Part shown: positions 36,944 through 47,149 of the stretch, piece after piece | Layout of the letters: each line of letters starts with the position of its first letter | Position numbering within the stretch: position 1 is the stretch's first letter | From: Planctomycetota bacterium | Lineage (GTDB): Bacteria > Planctomycetota > OFTM77 | Reading direction: 5' to 3' | Assembly: GCA_029260795.1 (NCBI GenBank) | Contig: JAJDCO010000055.1 | Location: 322 to 64,321 of the forward strand | DNA: 64,000 nt | Made by a program: the position numbers and the translations under genes | The notes under the pieces: model-generated | What the model was told of the DNA's origin: nothing | Database searches by the model: none | Seen by the model: the letters and a program-made list of their open reading frames with translations, nothing else

Positions 36944-39379
36944 TCAGTACCGGACCCTCAGGTTCCGGAACGCCGCATTCGAGTCCTGCACGAACACGCC
37001 AACGCCGCCCTGTAGCTCACTCGGGTCGTAGTCGTGGCTGCCGATCTTCTGATCCCCGAGCCAGTACGTCGCCGTGCCACCTTCGATCTCGACGGCGAGC
37101 ACGAAGGGCTTGTTGACCCGCGCCGGTGAGATCCGGCCGATCAGCTCCACAGCGGCCGGCCCGTCGGGAGTGAGCTCGAACAGCAGCATCAGCCCCGAGC
37201 CGTCGATCACCAAGAGCTGGGGCTCGCCGTTCGGATCGACGGCGTAGGCCAGTCCCAACATGGCATCGGGCACGGGCGACTCGATGTCGACCTCGACCTC
37301 GAATCGGGCGTCGACACCGATCGGCAGGGGCTCCGGATAGAACGCGTACTTGAGGGACGTGGACTCACCGCGGAGGGTCTCCTCCTTGAAAGTCCAGGCG
37401 CCTTTGCTGACCAGCCAGCCGTCGAAGGACGAGCTGAGGGGCAGTCGACGCCACCGGCGCACGTCGACGTCGTTCTGAGCCAGAATCGACTCTCGGGTCT
37501 CGGTGATCTGAGGATGCTCTCCGATCAAGGACTGAGCCTCGTCGAGCACTCGCAGGGAACGTCTCGGGAGCCCCTTCTCGACGTAGTCCGTCGCCAGCTT
37601 GGCGGTCGCGGTCACGAAGAGCTGCTCACTCTCGGCGACTCCGGCGGCGATCCCGCGGTCGAGCGCGCCGACTCGCTCTTGAGCCAACGCCACGAGGTCG
37701 TTGCCACTCTCTGTGGGACGGAGAGCGAGAGCTCCTTCGGGATCATCGAGCTCACGCGCCAATCGCCAGGCTTTGCGATAGGTGTAGATCGCCTCGTCCT
37801 TGAGACCGCGCTCCTCGAACACCTCGGCCAGCTCGAAGGCCGCGACCGGGTCGGTCGAGCGCTTGCGGAGCGCCCACTGGTAGCTCTCGGCGGCCGCCTC
37901 GAGCGTCTTGAACTTCCGCTGCTTGCGAGCGCGTTCGATCAGCACGTCTGCTTGGCTGGCCGGACCGAAGTGGATGTCGTAGAGCTCGGAGATCCAGGTC
38001 TTGAAGCGCTGGTCGAAGTCCTCGAGGCTCTTCACCTCGGGTTGCTTCGCACGCTTGATGAAGTACTCCTCGAACCGATCGACGACGTCGTGCTCCCGGC
38101 CGGAACGGTAGGTGCGCATGTAGGCCTGGTAAAGAGGCAGGTACACCCGCTCGCACTGGTCGTTCTCGTAGTTGTGCAGGAAGTAGACCAGCCCCCATCC
38201 CATCGGATAGTAGGAGCCCGGGTAGGAGCCATCGGCCTTGTGGGCGATGACGTCCTTCAGCCTCGGCGAGTCCTCCTCGTGAGTCGCTCGCAGACCGCGC
38301 AGCCGCGTATCGGGAATCAGGTTGGTCTCGACGGTTCCGCCGGGCTGGAGCCGCGCGCCTTCGAAGTAGGAAGCGGTGCCTTCGTTGAGCCAGGTCGGCA
38401 CGGTTCCGGTGAGGGCGCGATCGGTGAACTGGTGAGAGGCCTCGTGAAAGAGAGTCGACCAGAGCGAGTTGATGGGCCGCCCGTCGGAGGCGGGGTCGTA
38501 GGTCGCCACGTAGTTCTTGCCGGGGCGGAAGAAGCCCTTGATGCTCGGGGACATCGATCCCTCGTGCTGGTCGAACTCCGCACGAAGCTTGTAGACGCTG
38601 ATCCAGCAGCGACGACCCGGCTTCTCCCCGAAGACCTTGATGTAGAAGCTCGAGACCTGCTCCATGGCCTGCGACATGTCGCGGCCGATCTCGTACCCCA
38701 TGTTGGTCTTGATGGTGTAGTTCTTGCCCTTGAACTCGAAGGCCTTCTCCCAGTTGGACGCCTTGGCGTTCATGGACGCGAGGCGCTCGGGTGAGAACCG
38801 CTCCTTGCGGCGCACCGGAACGTCGAGGCCCGAGGCCAAGAGCACCTCGACCGCCTTCTTGTTGCCGTAGAAGCGCTCGAGCTTCTTGTTGACCTTGGCG
38901 GCGAGACTGGTATCCGCACAACGCGTGTACAGATCCACGGCGTTTGCATAGAGCTTTCGCCCCTGAGCCGAATCCGCGACCTTGATCAGCTCTTCGGCGA
39001 AGCCATCCAGGACCTCGACAGTCTGGTCGTTCAAGGGATCGAGCTCGATCACCCGCTTCGCCAAGCGCTCGAGGACCTCGGCGTCCTGCTCGGCCTCCTC
39101 GGTCTGGCGCGCCAGATCCAAGGCCAGATGCGCATACCACAGAGCGATGTCGGGCTGCTTCGCCTTCTCGGCGGCCTTCGAGGCGAGCTCGAGGAGATCG
39201 ACCTGCTCGGGCCAGAACTCCAGACCGAGCGTCGCCGCCGCCAGTGCCGACGCGGCGTCGCCCTTCTCCAGGGCCGCGCGCACTGCCGTCAGGTGGCTGA
39301 CTTCATCATCGGCTCGGAGTGGCGATCCGAGAAAGATCGACGACAAGAGAAAGGCAAACGGCACCAACGAACGGTCCAT
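36944..39379 (-). CDS. Secreted DUF1570-like (HExxH) protein with TPR-like helices and C-terminal beta-sandwich
   Basis: Signal peptide; LFHEASHQF...PTWLNEGTASYFE; ends GGVGVFVQDSNAAFRNLRVRY; GGAG-free start MDRSLVPF inferred. Confidence 0.7.
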   Translation of the reverse strand: MDRSLVPFAFLLSSIFLGSPLRADDEVSHLTAVRAALEKGDAASALAAATLGLEFWPEQVDLLELASKAAEKAKQPDIALWYAHLALDLARQTEEAEQDAEVLERLAKRVIELDPLNDQTVEVLDGFAEELIKVADSAQGRKLYANAVDLYTRCADTSLAAKVNKKLERFYGNKKAVEVLLASGLDVPVRRKERFSPERLASMNAKASNWEKAFEFKGKNYTIKTNMGYEIGRDMSQAMEQVSSFYIKVFGEKPGRRCWISVYKLRAEFDQHEGSMSPSIKGFFRPGKNYVATYDPASDGRPINSLWSTLFHEASHQFTDRALTGTVPTWLNEGTASYFEGARLQPGGTVETNLIPDTRLRGLRATHEEDSPRLKDVIAHKADGSYPGSYYPMGWGLVYFLHNYENDQCERVYLPLYQAYMRTYRSGREHDVVDRFEEYFIKRAKQPEVKSLEDFDQRFKTWISELYDIHFGPASQADVLIERARKQRKFKTLEAAAESYQWALRKRSTDPVAAFELAEVFEERGLKDEAIYTYRKAWRLARELDDPEGALALRPTESGNDLVALAQERVGALDRGIAAGVAESEQLFVTATAKLATDYVEKGLPRRSLRVLDEAQSLIGEHPQITETRESILAQNDVDVRRWRRLPLSSSFDGWLVSKGAWTFKEETLRGESTSLKYAFYPEPLPIGVDARFEVEVDIESPVPDAMLGLAYAVDPNGEPQLLVIDGSGLMLLFELTPDGPAAVELIGRISPARVNKPFVLAVEIEGGTATYWLGDQKIGSHDYDPSELQGGVGVFVQDSNAAFRNLRVRY

Positions 39380-39528
39380 GGCAGGAGTCCTCGTGATCAC
39401 GGCGTCTCGGCCCGGCCCGGGCGAGCGATTTACTCTAGTGACGCTCCACCACCGCCGCAAGCGCGGGGTCGGGTCGGACCCCGAATCGAGTCGAGCCGCG
39501 GCCGGCACTCGACCGGCCGCCAAGTGAC

Positions 39529-40494
39529 TCAGCGGATCTTGCCTTCGAGGTAGGGGACCTCGTGCACCTTCTCGTGCATGATCGGTCCGTGCCCGAAGTA
39601 GCCGGCCTCACCGAACAGCTCGCCATGATCAGCGGTCACGATCAGCCAGGTGTTCTCGGGAACCAGCTCGAAGAGGCGCGGGAAGACCTTCTCGTCGAGG
39701 TACTTCACCGCTCGAATCTGCTGGTTCTTGAGGTACTCCATCTCGTCGGGCTTGAAGAACGCCGGTGCCTCTTCCTTCTTGAGCTGGCCCTCTTCGTCGA
39801 CGTGCTGGTCCAGCTTCTTGAAGACACCGTGGACGCCCGAGATGCGCGGCAGCGTGTTCGGGTCGTCATTGGGCAACGAGTACGGATAGTGCGTCTCGCC
39901 GACGTTCATCATCACGAAGCTCGGGCGCTCGTCGTTGAAGATCTTGCCCTCTTCCATCCGGTCGAGCATCTTCGTCATGTCGTTGTGGGACCCCATCAGC
40001 TCGAAGCTGTCGAAGTCCCGATTGACCGGCGTCAGGCTGTTGAGCACCGGCAGCGACACCATCGCGTGCGTGTTGTAGCCCATCTTGTTCTTCAAGAAGG
40101 TCGGCAGCCACAGGCTAGGAACCAGGCTCGCGAACTCGATCGACTTGGCGCCCAGCCGCTGGTTGTAGCGGACGAAGTCCTCCTTGTAGTACTCGGAGGC
40201 ATACACATTGGGCGGGCTCGTGTGCGGCAACAGCCCCATCAGGAGGTTGTAGTGGCTGGGAGCAGTCCAGGACGCATAGCTGTATCGGCGCTCGACTTTG
40301 TCGAGACCTCCATACATCTTCGCGATCCGCTCCGGCTTGGCCTCCATGAAGGTGTCGTAGCGACAGGAGTCCAAGGTGATGACGATGAAGTTGTGCTTCC
40401 CCTGCGGATCCGGCCGCTGAGCGGTGGGACGAGGAAACGGTCGTGGCCGAGTCGGTGCCGGCTTCTTCTTCTTGAAGACGTCGAAGAGTCCCAT
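39529..40494 (-). CDS. Alkaline phosphatase/sulfatase superfamily metalloenzyme
   Basis: ITLDSCRYD, SWTAPSH, GETHYPY, TADHGELFGEAGYFGHG. Confidence 0.8.
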   Translation of the reverse strand: MGLFDVFKKKKPAPTRPRPFPRPTAQRPDPQGKHNFIVITLDSCRYDTFMEAKPERIAKMYGGLDKVERRYSYASWTAPSHYNLLMGLLPHTSPPNVYASEYYKEDFVRYNQRLGAKSIEFASLVPSLWLPTFLKNKMGYNTHAMVSLPVLNSLTPVNRDFDSFELMGSHNDMTKMLDRMEEGKIFNDERPSFVMMNVGETHYPYSLPNDDPNTLPRISGVHGVFKKLDQHVDEEGQLKKEEAPAFFKPDEMEYLKNQQIRAVKYLDEKVFPRLFELVPENTWLIVTADHGELFGEAGYFGHGPIMHEKVHEVPYLEGKIR

Positions 40495-40746
40495 GGTGCC
40501 TTTCGATCCTTCGAGGGGAGGCTGCCGGGAGCACGGTGAGCGGGTGCTCGAACCGCCGGCGACGGGCGTTTCCGATCGGTAGCCCGACCGACGAAAGCGC
40601 GGATCATACCCGATGGCTCCAGGAGCGACAATGCGCCCTCGACCGGCCAGGCCGCCAGGATGAGGCCCGCTAGCAGCGGGTTGGGACCGTGCCGTCCTTC
40701 GGATTGCGGCGCACGACGGCGTCCGGCGAGTGGCCCAGCGCCCCGA

Positions 40747-42246
40747 TCACTCCTCGAGTGCCGCTCGGAGCAGCCGATCGACCAGTCGGTCGACGGTCGT
40801 GCCCGACGTCAGGGCCCGCTCCCTCAGCAGCTCGGCAACGTCCGACGAGAGTCGCACCGCCTCGGGTGTCGCCTCGGCCTCGATGCCGGCTTCGCCGTCC
40901 TCACCCTCGTAGGTCCAGTCGGGCCGTTTGCGATAGGGCGAGTCGTCGTACGTGAACACGTGCGCCGTCGCATCGAGGTCCCGAAGGGAGGGAAACTGAA
41001 ACGGGTTCAAGGGTGGCTCGGGGTTTTCGAGCTGCGCGTCGAACTGATCACGAAAGCGCTCGATCAAGCTCGGGATCACGATCGAGCCCTGAACGGGCAG
41101 ATAGCAGCGATTCGCTTGAGGTGCGGACCGTGCCCCATAGAGCGCGCGCTCGATGTCGTCTTCGCTGGCGAGCTCGGTGTCGAACAGCTCATCGATCGCG
41201 CTCGATGCCAGTCGCAGTCCGTGCTTGCAAGCGCTGCACTGGTTGCAGGACTCGACGTAGAGGAAGCGCGCGATGTCGCGGGTGATCTGCGGGATGCTGC
41301 GTCCCTTCCCGATCACGATGAAGCCGGCCGATCCGAGCCCGGACCCAGCCAGTGCGAGCGATCCGAAGTCGGCGCAGGTCCCCAGCCGCTCGGGCATCAG
41401 GACACCGTTGCTCACGCCCGACAGCACGGCCTGGACGCCGCCCTGCGTCGCTCCGCCCGCCTGCTCGTCGATGATGTCGGAAAGCGGCGTGCCCGCGGCC
41501 ACCTCATACACACCCGGGCGCTTCACGTCTCCGCAGATGGTCGCCAAGATCGTTCCCGGCGTGTCCTCCGTTCCCAAGGCGCGAAAGCCCTCGGCTCCGT
41601 GGCGAGCGATCGCCGCGGCGTGGGAGAAGGTCTCGACGTTGTTGACGAGCGACGGGTTCGGCGAAAGCGGTGTGGAGTTGAGGCCCTGCTGGTAGGGAGG
41701 ATACTCCGGCTCTCGCGGCAGCGGGATCCCGTCGTCGATGAATCGGAGCAGCGCCTTCTCTTCTCCGAAGAGGTACTCGCGAGGACCCGGCACGATCGTC
41801 ACCGGCGGCAGCCCGTCCCCCCCCATTGATCGAATCTCTTGCAGCGCGCCCTCGAGCCGCGCGATCTCGGGCTCGAAGATCTCCTTGATCCCGATGTGGA
41901 TCGAGCTCGCCGCGATGACATGAGCCGCGACGAAGAGCCCTTCGAGGCCGGCGTACGGATTCGATCGCAAGAGCGCGCGGTCCTTGAAGGTTCCGGGCTC
42001 ACCTTCGGCCGCATTGCAGACCACCGACCGTTCGCGGCAGGGATGCTGGAACAGTGTCCGCCACTTCACGCCCGCCGGAAACCCGGCACCACCCCGCCCC
42101 CGCAGACCCGAGCGGCCGATCTCGTCGAGAATCGACTGCGGGTCGCGCTCAGAGAGCCACTCACCGATCGGCGCTCCCCCATGATGCTCGAGGTACTGTC
42201 GGTACGAAGCGAACGGGCGAGCGGGGAGCAATCGGTAGACGGACAT
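40747..42246 (-). CDS. Stand-alone NuoF/HoxF-like FMN and 4Fe-4S protein with C-terminal extension
   Basis: SGLRGRGGAGFP, NAAEGEPGTFKDR, GEEKAL, NNVET, GDVKRPGVYE, ESCNQCSAC...C; no nuoE/nuoG neighbours. Confidence 0.85.
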   Translation of the reverse strand: MSVYRLLPARPFASYRQYLEHHGGAPIGEWLSERDPQSILDEIGRSGLRGRGGAGFPAGVKWRTLFQHPCRERSVVCNAAEGEPGTFKDRALLRSNPYAGLEGLFVAAHVIAASSIHIGIKEIFEPEIARLEGALQEIRSMGGDGLPPVTIVPGPREYLFGEEKALLRFIDDGIPLPREPEYPPYQQGLNSTPLSPNPSLVNNVETFSHAAAIARHGAEGFRALGTEDTPGTILATICGDVKRPGVYEVAAGTPLSDIIDEQAGGATQGGVQAVLSGVSNGVLMPERLGTCADFGSLALAGSGLGSAGFIVIGKGRSIPQITRDIARFLYVESCNQCSACKHGLRLASSAIDELFDTELASEDDIERALYGARSAPQANRCYLPVQGSIVIPSLIERFRDQFDAQLENPEPPLNPFQFPSLRDLDATAHVFTYDDSPYRKRPDWTYEGEDGEAGIEAEATPEAVRLSSDVAELLRERALTSGTTVDRLVDRLLRAALEE

Positions 42247-42387
42247 GACGTCCTCCGCGGGGTTGGGGGCGATCGCTGCCAAAGCTAGCTCAGGCGAGCC
42301 CCTCCAGCAACCGCGTCGTTCTGCCGATCGCCGCTCGGCCGATTCTTCGACGCTGCGCTCCGGGACGCTCCGGTCGTGGTTCGGTCG

Positions 42388-44733
42388 TCATCGTTCAAGA
42401 GGGACGCGCCGGGACACCCAAGTGCCGTCGCCCCAGCGTCCAGGTGAGGAGGTGCGATCGCGTCGCTCGATGAGGAGCTCACCCCCTTCCGGCAATCCGA
42501 TGGTTCGATCGAGAAGATACAGCGGAGTCGGGACCTCGACCGCGAACTGGAGCTCGAGCTCGATGCCGTCCGCAGGGAGCGCCTCGATGCGGAACCCCTG
42601 CCAAGGTTGTCCCGGGAGGGGAAACGGTGTCACGGCCTCGCCCGAGAGACCGTCGGCGTCGAGGACTCGAACGGACTGCACCGGTGAATCGGGCGGGAAG
42701 TACAGCTCCGCGACGGTCGCGCCGCGAGGGGATCGGAGGCGAGCCCGAATACGGAGCCGTTTCTCGACGACCTCGGACTCCAGGATCTCCAGCTCGGGCT
42801 CGGGAAGATCGAGCGCCTCGGCGTACGTCTCCCAGGCTCGCTGGCTCGCCGGCGACCACGGGAAAGGTCGTGCGCCGTCCCCCTTGAAGGGTCCGGTGCG
42901 GCGAATATCCTCGTGCAGGGCTCCTTGGGTGAGGATCACGAGCCAGCGCGCGCGCCGGCCGCTCTCGTCGAGAACGTAGCCGAGCCCGACCTGGCGAGGT
43001 GCCTGCTCGTTGAAGTCGGCACTCAGGAAGGTGATCGCCACCGCAGTAGCCGCGCCGATCAATGCCCCTCCACCGATGAACACTCGCCCGGCCAAGCCGG
43101 CCGCACCGATCGCCGGGATTAGCGTGGACGTCAACACCGTCGCGAGTAGAACGTGACACCACATCATGTCGCCGCCCAGGCCTTCTGCCACGCCGTCCAG
43201 CAAGGGCATCCACAGCATCGCGGCCACGCCGACCGGAATCGAGGCGGAGAGCGTCAGCAAGACCTTCGAGCGCGGCGCCAGCCAGCCGAATCCGAACACT
43301 CCGATCACGGCAGCCACGATCGACGGCACCAAGAAGGGATAAGCCGCAGCGGGCGCCCAAAATGTCAGCCCGCCCGCCGCGACGAGCCAGGCGAGCCACA
43401 ATCCGAGCCAGAGGCTCCAGGCCGAGATCCTCCGGCCGATCGCCAACGTGAGCAGCGTGCCGGTCGCCGCGCCGACGAGCCAAGGAGCCCACGGGCTGCT
43501 CGGAAGCACGACCGTATCGGGGCGACTCGGGGAGGCCCCGAAGCGGAACGCCCACTCGAGCCCGTGTCCGACCAGAAAGCCGGCGAGCGTAATCAGGAGG
43601 AAAGCGATCAGGCCTCCGACGATGCCGCCGAGGGAAGCGCCCCCTCGCAGGATGAACACGGCGATCGCGATCAAGAGAAGCGCGGCAGCTCCTCCGAGGA
43701 GCCAAAGATTCTTGTCGACGCTCCAAACGAGCAGCCAACGCCCGGCAACATCGAAGTAGACGGCCTGCCCGGACTCGCCTTCGTCGGTCGCCCTCGCCGA
43801 GGATTGGACGAGCGCGAGCGCCTGGTCGCCCAGGTGCTGGAGCGTCCCGGTGTCGAGTGCTTCGAGCGTGTCTCCCGGAGTATGGTAGTTCTCGACGCCG
43901 CCGATGAAGGCCAGGTTGTAGCCGTGCTGCCCCGCTCGCCGGAAGACCGAGAAGTCGGTGTCGTTGGGCATGCGCTCGTAGATGAAGCCCGCGACGGAAG
44001 TCGCCGCCGGTTGATGCACGGCCTCGGCGAAGCGTCGCATCAGGCCGAGATTGTCGGCGCCGGTCTCGAACATGCGGACGGGCCCGCGCGAGCCGCGCGC
44101 CTCGAGATTGATGACGAGCGAGACGCGCGCCGCCCAAGGATGCTCCTGGACGAAAGCACTCGCCCCGCGGAGGCCACCTTCCTCACCATCGGTCAGGAGC
44201 AAGATCACCGAGCGCGCCAGCCCGCTCTGCGACTTCAGAATGCGCGCGATCTCCAGGAGCGTCACGACACCCGCGCCGTCGTCGGCAGCACCGGGTCCAG
44301 CGCCGACCGAGTCGTAGTGAGCGACGACGAGGATCGCGTCCCCTTCCGCATCGCCGGCCGCGAGCCCGGCGACGATGTTGTTCACGATCGTGGCACCGCG
44401 GGGCGTCGTCACCAAGGTGCGCTGGATCTCGGGACGGTACCCCAAGCTCTCGAGATGGGTGATGAGGGCGCTGCGGACGCGCTCATGCTGGGCGCTGCCG
44501 ACCGGCCGGGGCTCATCGCCCAGGAGCGCCGCATGCAGCGTCCGGGCCTTCGCTGCCGAGAAGGCGGTGACCCCTTCCTCCGACTCCCGCGGCTCTGGTG
44601 GCTGGAGCGCCCTCCAGGTCACCAGCGCAGCCGCCGAAAGGAGGAGAATGGCGAGCACGAGCGGGAGAATGGTCGGCTCGAACTCGGGTGTGGTGACGGG
44701 GGCGGCAGAGGCTTCCTCGGGGGAAGTCGTCAC
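42388..44733 (-). CDS. Membrane M28 metallopeptidase (ERMP1-like)
   Basis: AHYDSV, GAADDGAGV, DGEEGGL, NLEARG, PNDTDF, YHTPGD followed by about 8 TMs. Confidence 0.88.
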   Translation of the reverse strand: MTTSPEEASAAPVTTPEFEPTILPLVLAILLLSAAALVTWRALQPPEPRESEEGVTAFSAAKARTLHAALLGDEPRPVGSAQHERVRSALITHLESLGYRPEIQRTLVTTPRGATIVNNIVAGLAAGDAEGDAILVVAHYDSVGAGPGAADDGAGVVTLLEIARILKSQSGLARSVILLLTDGEEGGLRGASAFVQEHPWAARVSLVINLEARGSRGPVRMFETGADNLGLMRRFAEAVHQPAATSVAGFIYERMPNDTDFSVFRRAGQHGYNLAFIGGVENYHTPGDTLEALDTGTLQHLGDQALALVQSSARATDEGESGQAVYFDVAGRWLLVWSVDKNLWLLGGAAALLLIAIAVFILRGGASLGGIVGGLIAFLLITLAGFLVGHGLEWAFRFGASPSRPDTVVLPSSPWAPWLVGAATGTLLTLAIGRRISAWSLWLGLWLAWLVAAGGLTFWAPAAAYPFLVPSIVAAVIGVFGFGWLAPRSKVLLTLSASIPVGVAAMLWMPLLDGVAEGLGGDMMWCHVLLATVLTSTLIPAIGAAGLAGRVFIGGGALIGAATAVAITFLSADFNEQAPRQVGLGYVLDESGRRARWLVILTQGALHEDIRRTGPFKGDGARPFPWSPASQRAWETYAEALDLPEPELEILESEVVEKRLRIRARLRSPRGATVAELYFPPDSPVQSVRVLDADGLSGEAVTPFPLPGQPWQGFRIEALPADGIELELQFAVEVPTPLYLLDRTIGLPEGGELLIERRDRTSSPGRWGDGTWVSRRVPLER

Positions 44734-44820
44734 GTCCTGGCTCCTGGCGGCTCGGGCGGATCGTGCGATCGGGCCGAGGCACTGTGCCTGGCTCGCCGCC
44801 GCCCGCGAGAGGTGTCTTGC

Positions 44821-44849
44821 TTGGAAAACGCACGCGTCGCGATTATAAG
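44821..44849 (+). promoter_or_regulatory. sigma70-type promoter of map
   Basis: TTGGAA-N17-TATAAG about 40 nt upstream of ATG 44888. Confidence 0.5.
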
Positions 44850-44887
44850 TGCGCGTTCGAACGACTAAAGCCGAAACGGAGCGAGGA

Positions 44888-45808
44888 ATGAATCAGCGGC
44901 CGGGACGCAACGACCCGTGCCATTGTGGCAGCGGAAAAAAGTACAAGCGCTGCCACATGGAGCTCGAGCGAGGCCAAGCCACTCAGCCCGCTGTCTCCAA
45001 GCCGCTCATCGGCGCGGTTCATTCGAACTCGCTCGTCCTGCCTCGCCCCGATTGGGACCGCATGCGGGTAGCCGGCCGCTTCAATGCCGAGCTCATGGAT
45101 TTCATCCGACCCCAGGTCCTTCCGGGCGCTCGCCTCGACGAGCTCGATCGGCTCGTGCATGACTATACCGTCGATCACGGGCACACGCCGGCCTGCCTCG
45201 GCTACCACGGCTTCCCGAAAAACATGTGCTCGAGCGTCAACGAGGTCGTCTGCCATGGGATTCCGGACAGCACGCTCTTGAAAGACGGCGACATCGTCAA
45301 CATCGACCTGACGACCATCGTCGAGGGTTGGCACGGGGACCAATCGGAGACAATCCTGGTCGGCGACGTCAGCGACACCGCTCGACGAGTCACGCAGTGC
45401 GCCTTCGACAGCCTGTGGCGGGGTATCGAAGCGATCAAGCCCTTCGGGCCCATCGTCGAGATCGGCAAGGCGATCGTCGAGCACGCCGAGCCACTCGGGT
45501 ACTCGGTCGTCCGCGACTACCAAGGTCATGGCATCGGTCGCCGCTTCCATCAGGAGCCCGGTATCCCCCACTACCCCGACCGGCGCTACGCCTCCGAGCT
45601 CATCGAGCCCGGCATGTGCTTCACGATCGAGCCCATGATCAACATTGGCACCTGGAGAGTCATTCTGGACCGCACGGACGGTTGGACGGTCCGCACGGCC
45701 GACAACCAGCTCTCGGCCCAGTTCGAGCACACACTCCTCATGACCGAGACCGGTCCCGAGATCATGACGAAGACGAAGCACGGACCGCAAAAGGGCCACC
45801 GCTTCTAG
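44888..45808 (+). CDS. map: Type I methionine aminopeptidase with N-terminal SEC-C Zn motif
   Basis: [18 protein letters not shown]; [37 protein letters not shown]. Confidence 0.93.
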   Translation: MNQRPGRNDPCHCGSGKKYKRCHMELERGQATQPAVSKPLIGAVHSNSLVLPRPDWDRMRVAGRFNAELMDFIRPQVLPGARLDELDRLVHDYTVDHGHTPACLGYHGFPKNMCSSVNEVVCHGIPDSTLLKDGDIVNIDLTTIVEGWHGDQSETILVGDVSDTARRVTQCAFDSLWRGIEAIKPFGPIVEIGKAIVEHAEPLGYSVVRDYQGHGIGRRFHQEPGIPHYPDRRYASELIEPGMCFTIEPMINIGTWRVILDRTDGWTVRTADNQLSAQFEHTLLMTETGPEIMTKTKHGPQKGHRF

Positions 45809-45824
45809 TCGAGGCGCAGGGTGC

Positions 45825-46157
45825 CGACACCGTAATCGTCCGATGCGCGATGCCGGTCGACGCGACAGGCTCGGCCTGAAAGGCCGACAGCACGTAGCCC
45901 CAGGCAAGGCGGGGCGAAGCCCGCCGCAGCCTGGGGGCGCGCCGACATGCCATGACCTCTCGCCGCATCGAGCGGGCGGGACGCCGGGCGGGCCGCGCTC
46001 CCAGGATAGACGACACCGTCATCGTCCGGTGCGCGACGCCGTCCGACGCAACAGGCTCGGCCTGAAAGGCCGACAGCACCTAGCCCCAGGCAAGGCGGGG
46101 CGAAGCCCGCCGCAGCCTGGGGGCGCGCCGGAATGCCATGACCTCTCGCCGAATCGA
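45825..46157. repeat. Two direct copies (period 186 bp) of a hairpin-rich REP-like element
   Basis: About 147-bp unit at 45825 and 46011 containing ggcctgaaaggcc and ccccaggc...ggcggggcgaagcccgcc...gcctgggg hairpins. Confidence 0.9.
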
Positions 46158-46225
46158 CGGGCCCGTGGTCTCGAGATGAGCAACACGATGATCGTCGCCG
46201 CCTCGGCGGGTCGCAATCTCCGCGG

Positions 46226-47149
46226 CTAGCTCGCGAAGATGCGGTCCATGCGCTCGGCGATGATGGCGAGGCGCTCGCGATTGCCACCGGGAATCTCGGC
46301 CGTTCCCCAGCCTTGGTAGCCGATGCCGCGGAGGGCCTTCATGACGGCCGGCCAGTCGCAGTCCCCCTCGAGCAGCTCGACGCTGAAGCCCTTCCAAATG
46401 CCCTCCTCTTGCTGCTTCTTGCGGCTGTACTCCTTGATGTCGAGCTTGAAGATCCGGTGGCCCAGCACCTCGATCCAATGCTCGGGCCAGCCGTATCGGA
46501 CGACGTTGCCGACGTCGAAGTAAGCGCCGACCCAAGGGCTGTAGAACTCATCGATGTAACGCGCGGCCTCGAGCGGACTCAGCAGGAAGTTGTTCCACAC
46601 GTTCTCGAGCGCGATGCGAATCTCGAGCTCAGCCGCCAGCGGCAGCACCCTGCGGATCTCGGTCTGCGAGCGGTGATAGGCGTCGGCATAGCTCACGCCC
46701 TTGCTGACGACGGCGGGTACGAGCAGCACGGTCGAGGCACCGTAGGCCTTCGCATCTCGTAAGGCCGTCTCCAGACCCGCTCGCCCCTCGTCGCGCACCG
46801 CGGCGTCGGGATGTGAGAGCGGCTTCGACCAGTGCACTGAATCGACGACGCCGTGGATCGGAAGACCGGAAGCGTCACGCGCGGCCAGGACTTCGTCGGT
46901 CTGAAAGCCATTCGGGCTGTCGAGCTCGACGCCATCGAAGCCCAGCTCGGCCAAGAGACGGAACTTGTCCACCAGCGGGAGCTGCTCCTGCACCATGCCG
47001 AGCTTGACGGCCTTGCGATACGGCTTGTCGTCCGAGCCCTCGTGGCTCGCAAGGCGAGGAGCGACCTTCGCGAGCGCGCCCGTGGCAACGGTTCCCAAGG
47101 CAGCCGCACCGGCACCCAAGAGAAAACGACGATCGATCTGGCGCGACAT
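46226..47149 (-). CDS. Tat-signal sugar phosphate isomerase/epimerase (xylose isomerase-like TIM barrel)
   Basis: DRRFLLG Tat motif; GFDGVEL, IALENVWNNFLLSP, YFDVGN, LDIKEY, TAE. Confidence 0.85.
   Translation of the reverse strand: MSRQIDRRFLLGAGAAALGTVATGALAKVAPRLASHEGSDDKPYRKAVKLGMVQEQLPLVDKFRLLAELGFDGVELDSPNGFQTDEVLAARDASGLPIHGVVDSVHWSKPLSHPDAAVRDEGRAGLETALRDAKAYGASTVLLVPAVVSKGVSYADAYHRSQTEIRRVLPLAAELEIRIALENVWNNFLLSPLEAARYIDEFYSPWVGAYFDVGNVVRYGWPEHWIEVLGHRIFKLDIKEYSRKKQQEEGIWKGFSVELLEGDCDWPAVMKALRGIGYQGWGTAEIPGGNRERLAIIAERMDRIFAS

Noticed and set aside
40747-42246. Part of a complex I (nuo) operon
   Set aside because: No other nuo genes flank it; neighbours are an M28 peptidase and a sulfatase-fold enzyme
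45825-46157. Possible CRISPR array (also 27946-28167 and 30960-31239)
   Set aside because: Only two units each, repeat lengths and spacing unlike CRISPR, no cas genes
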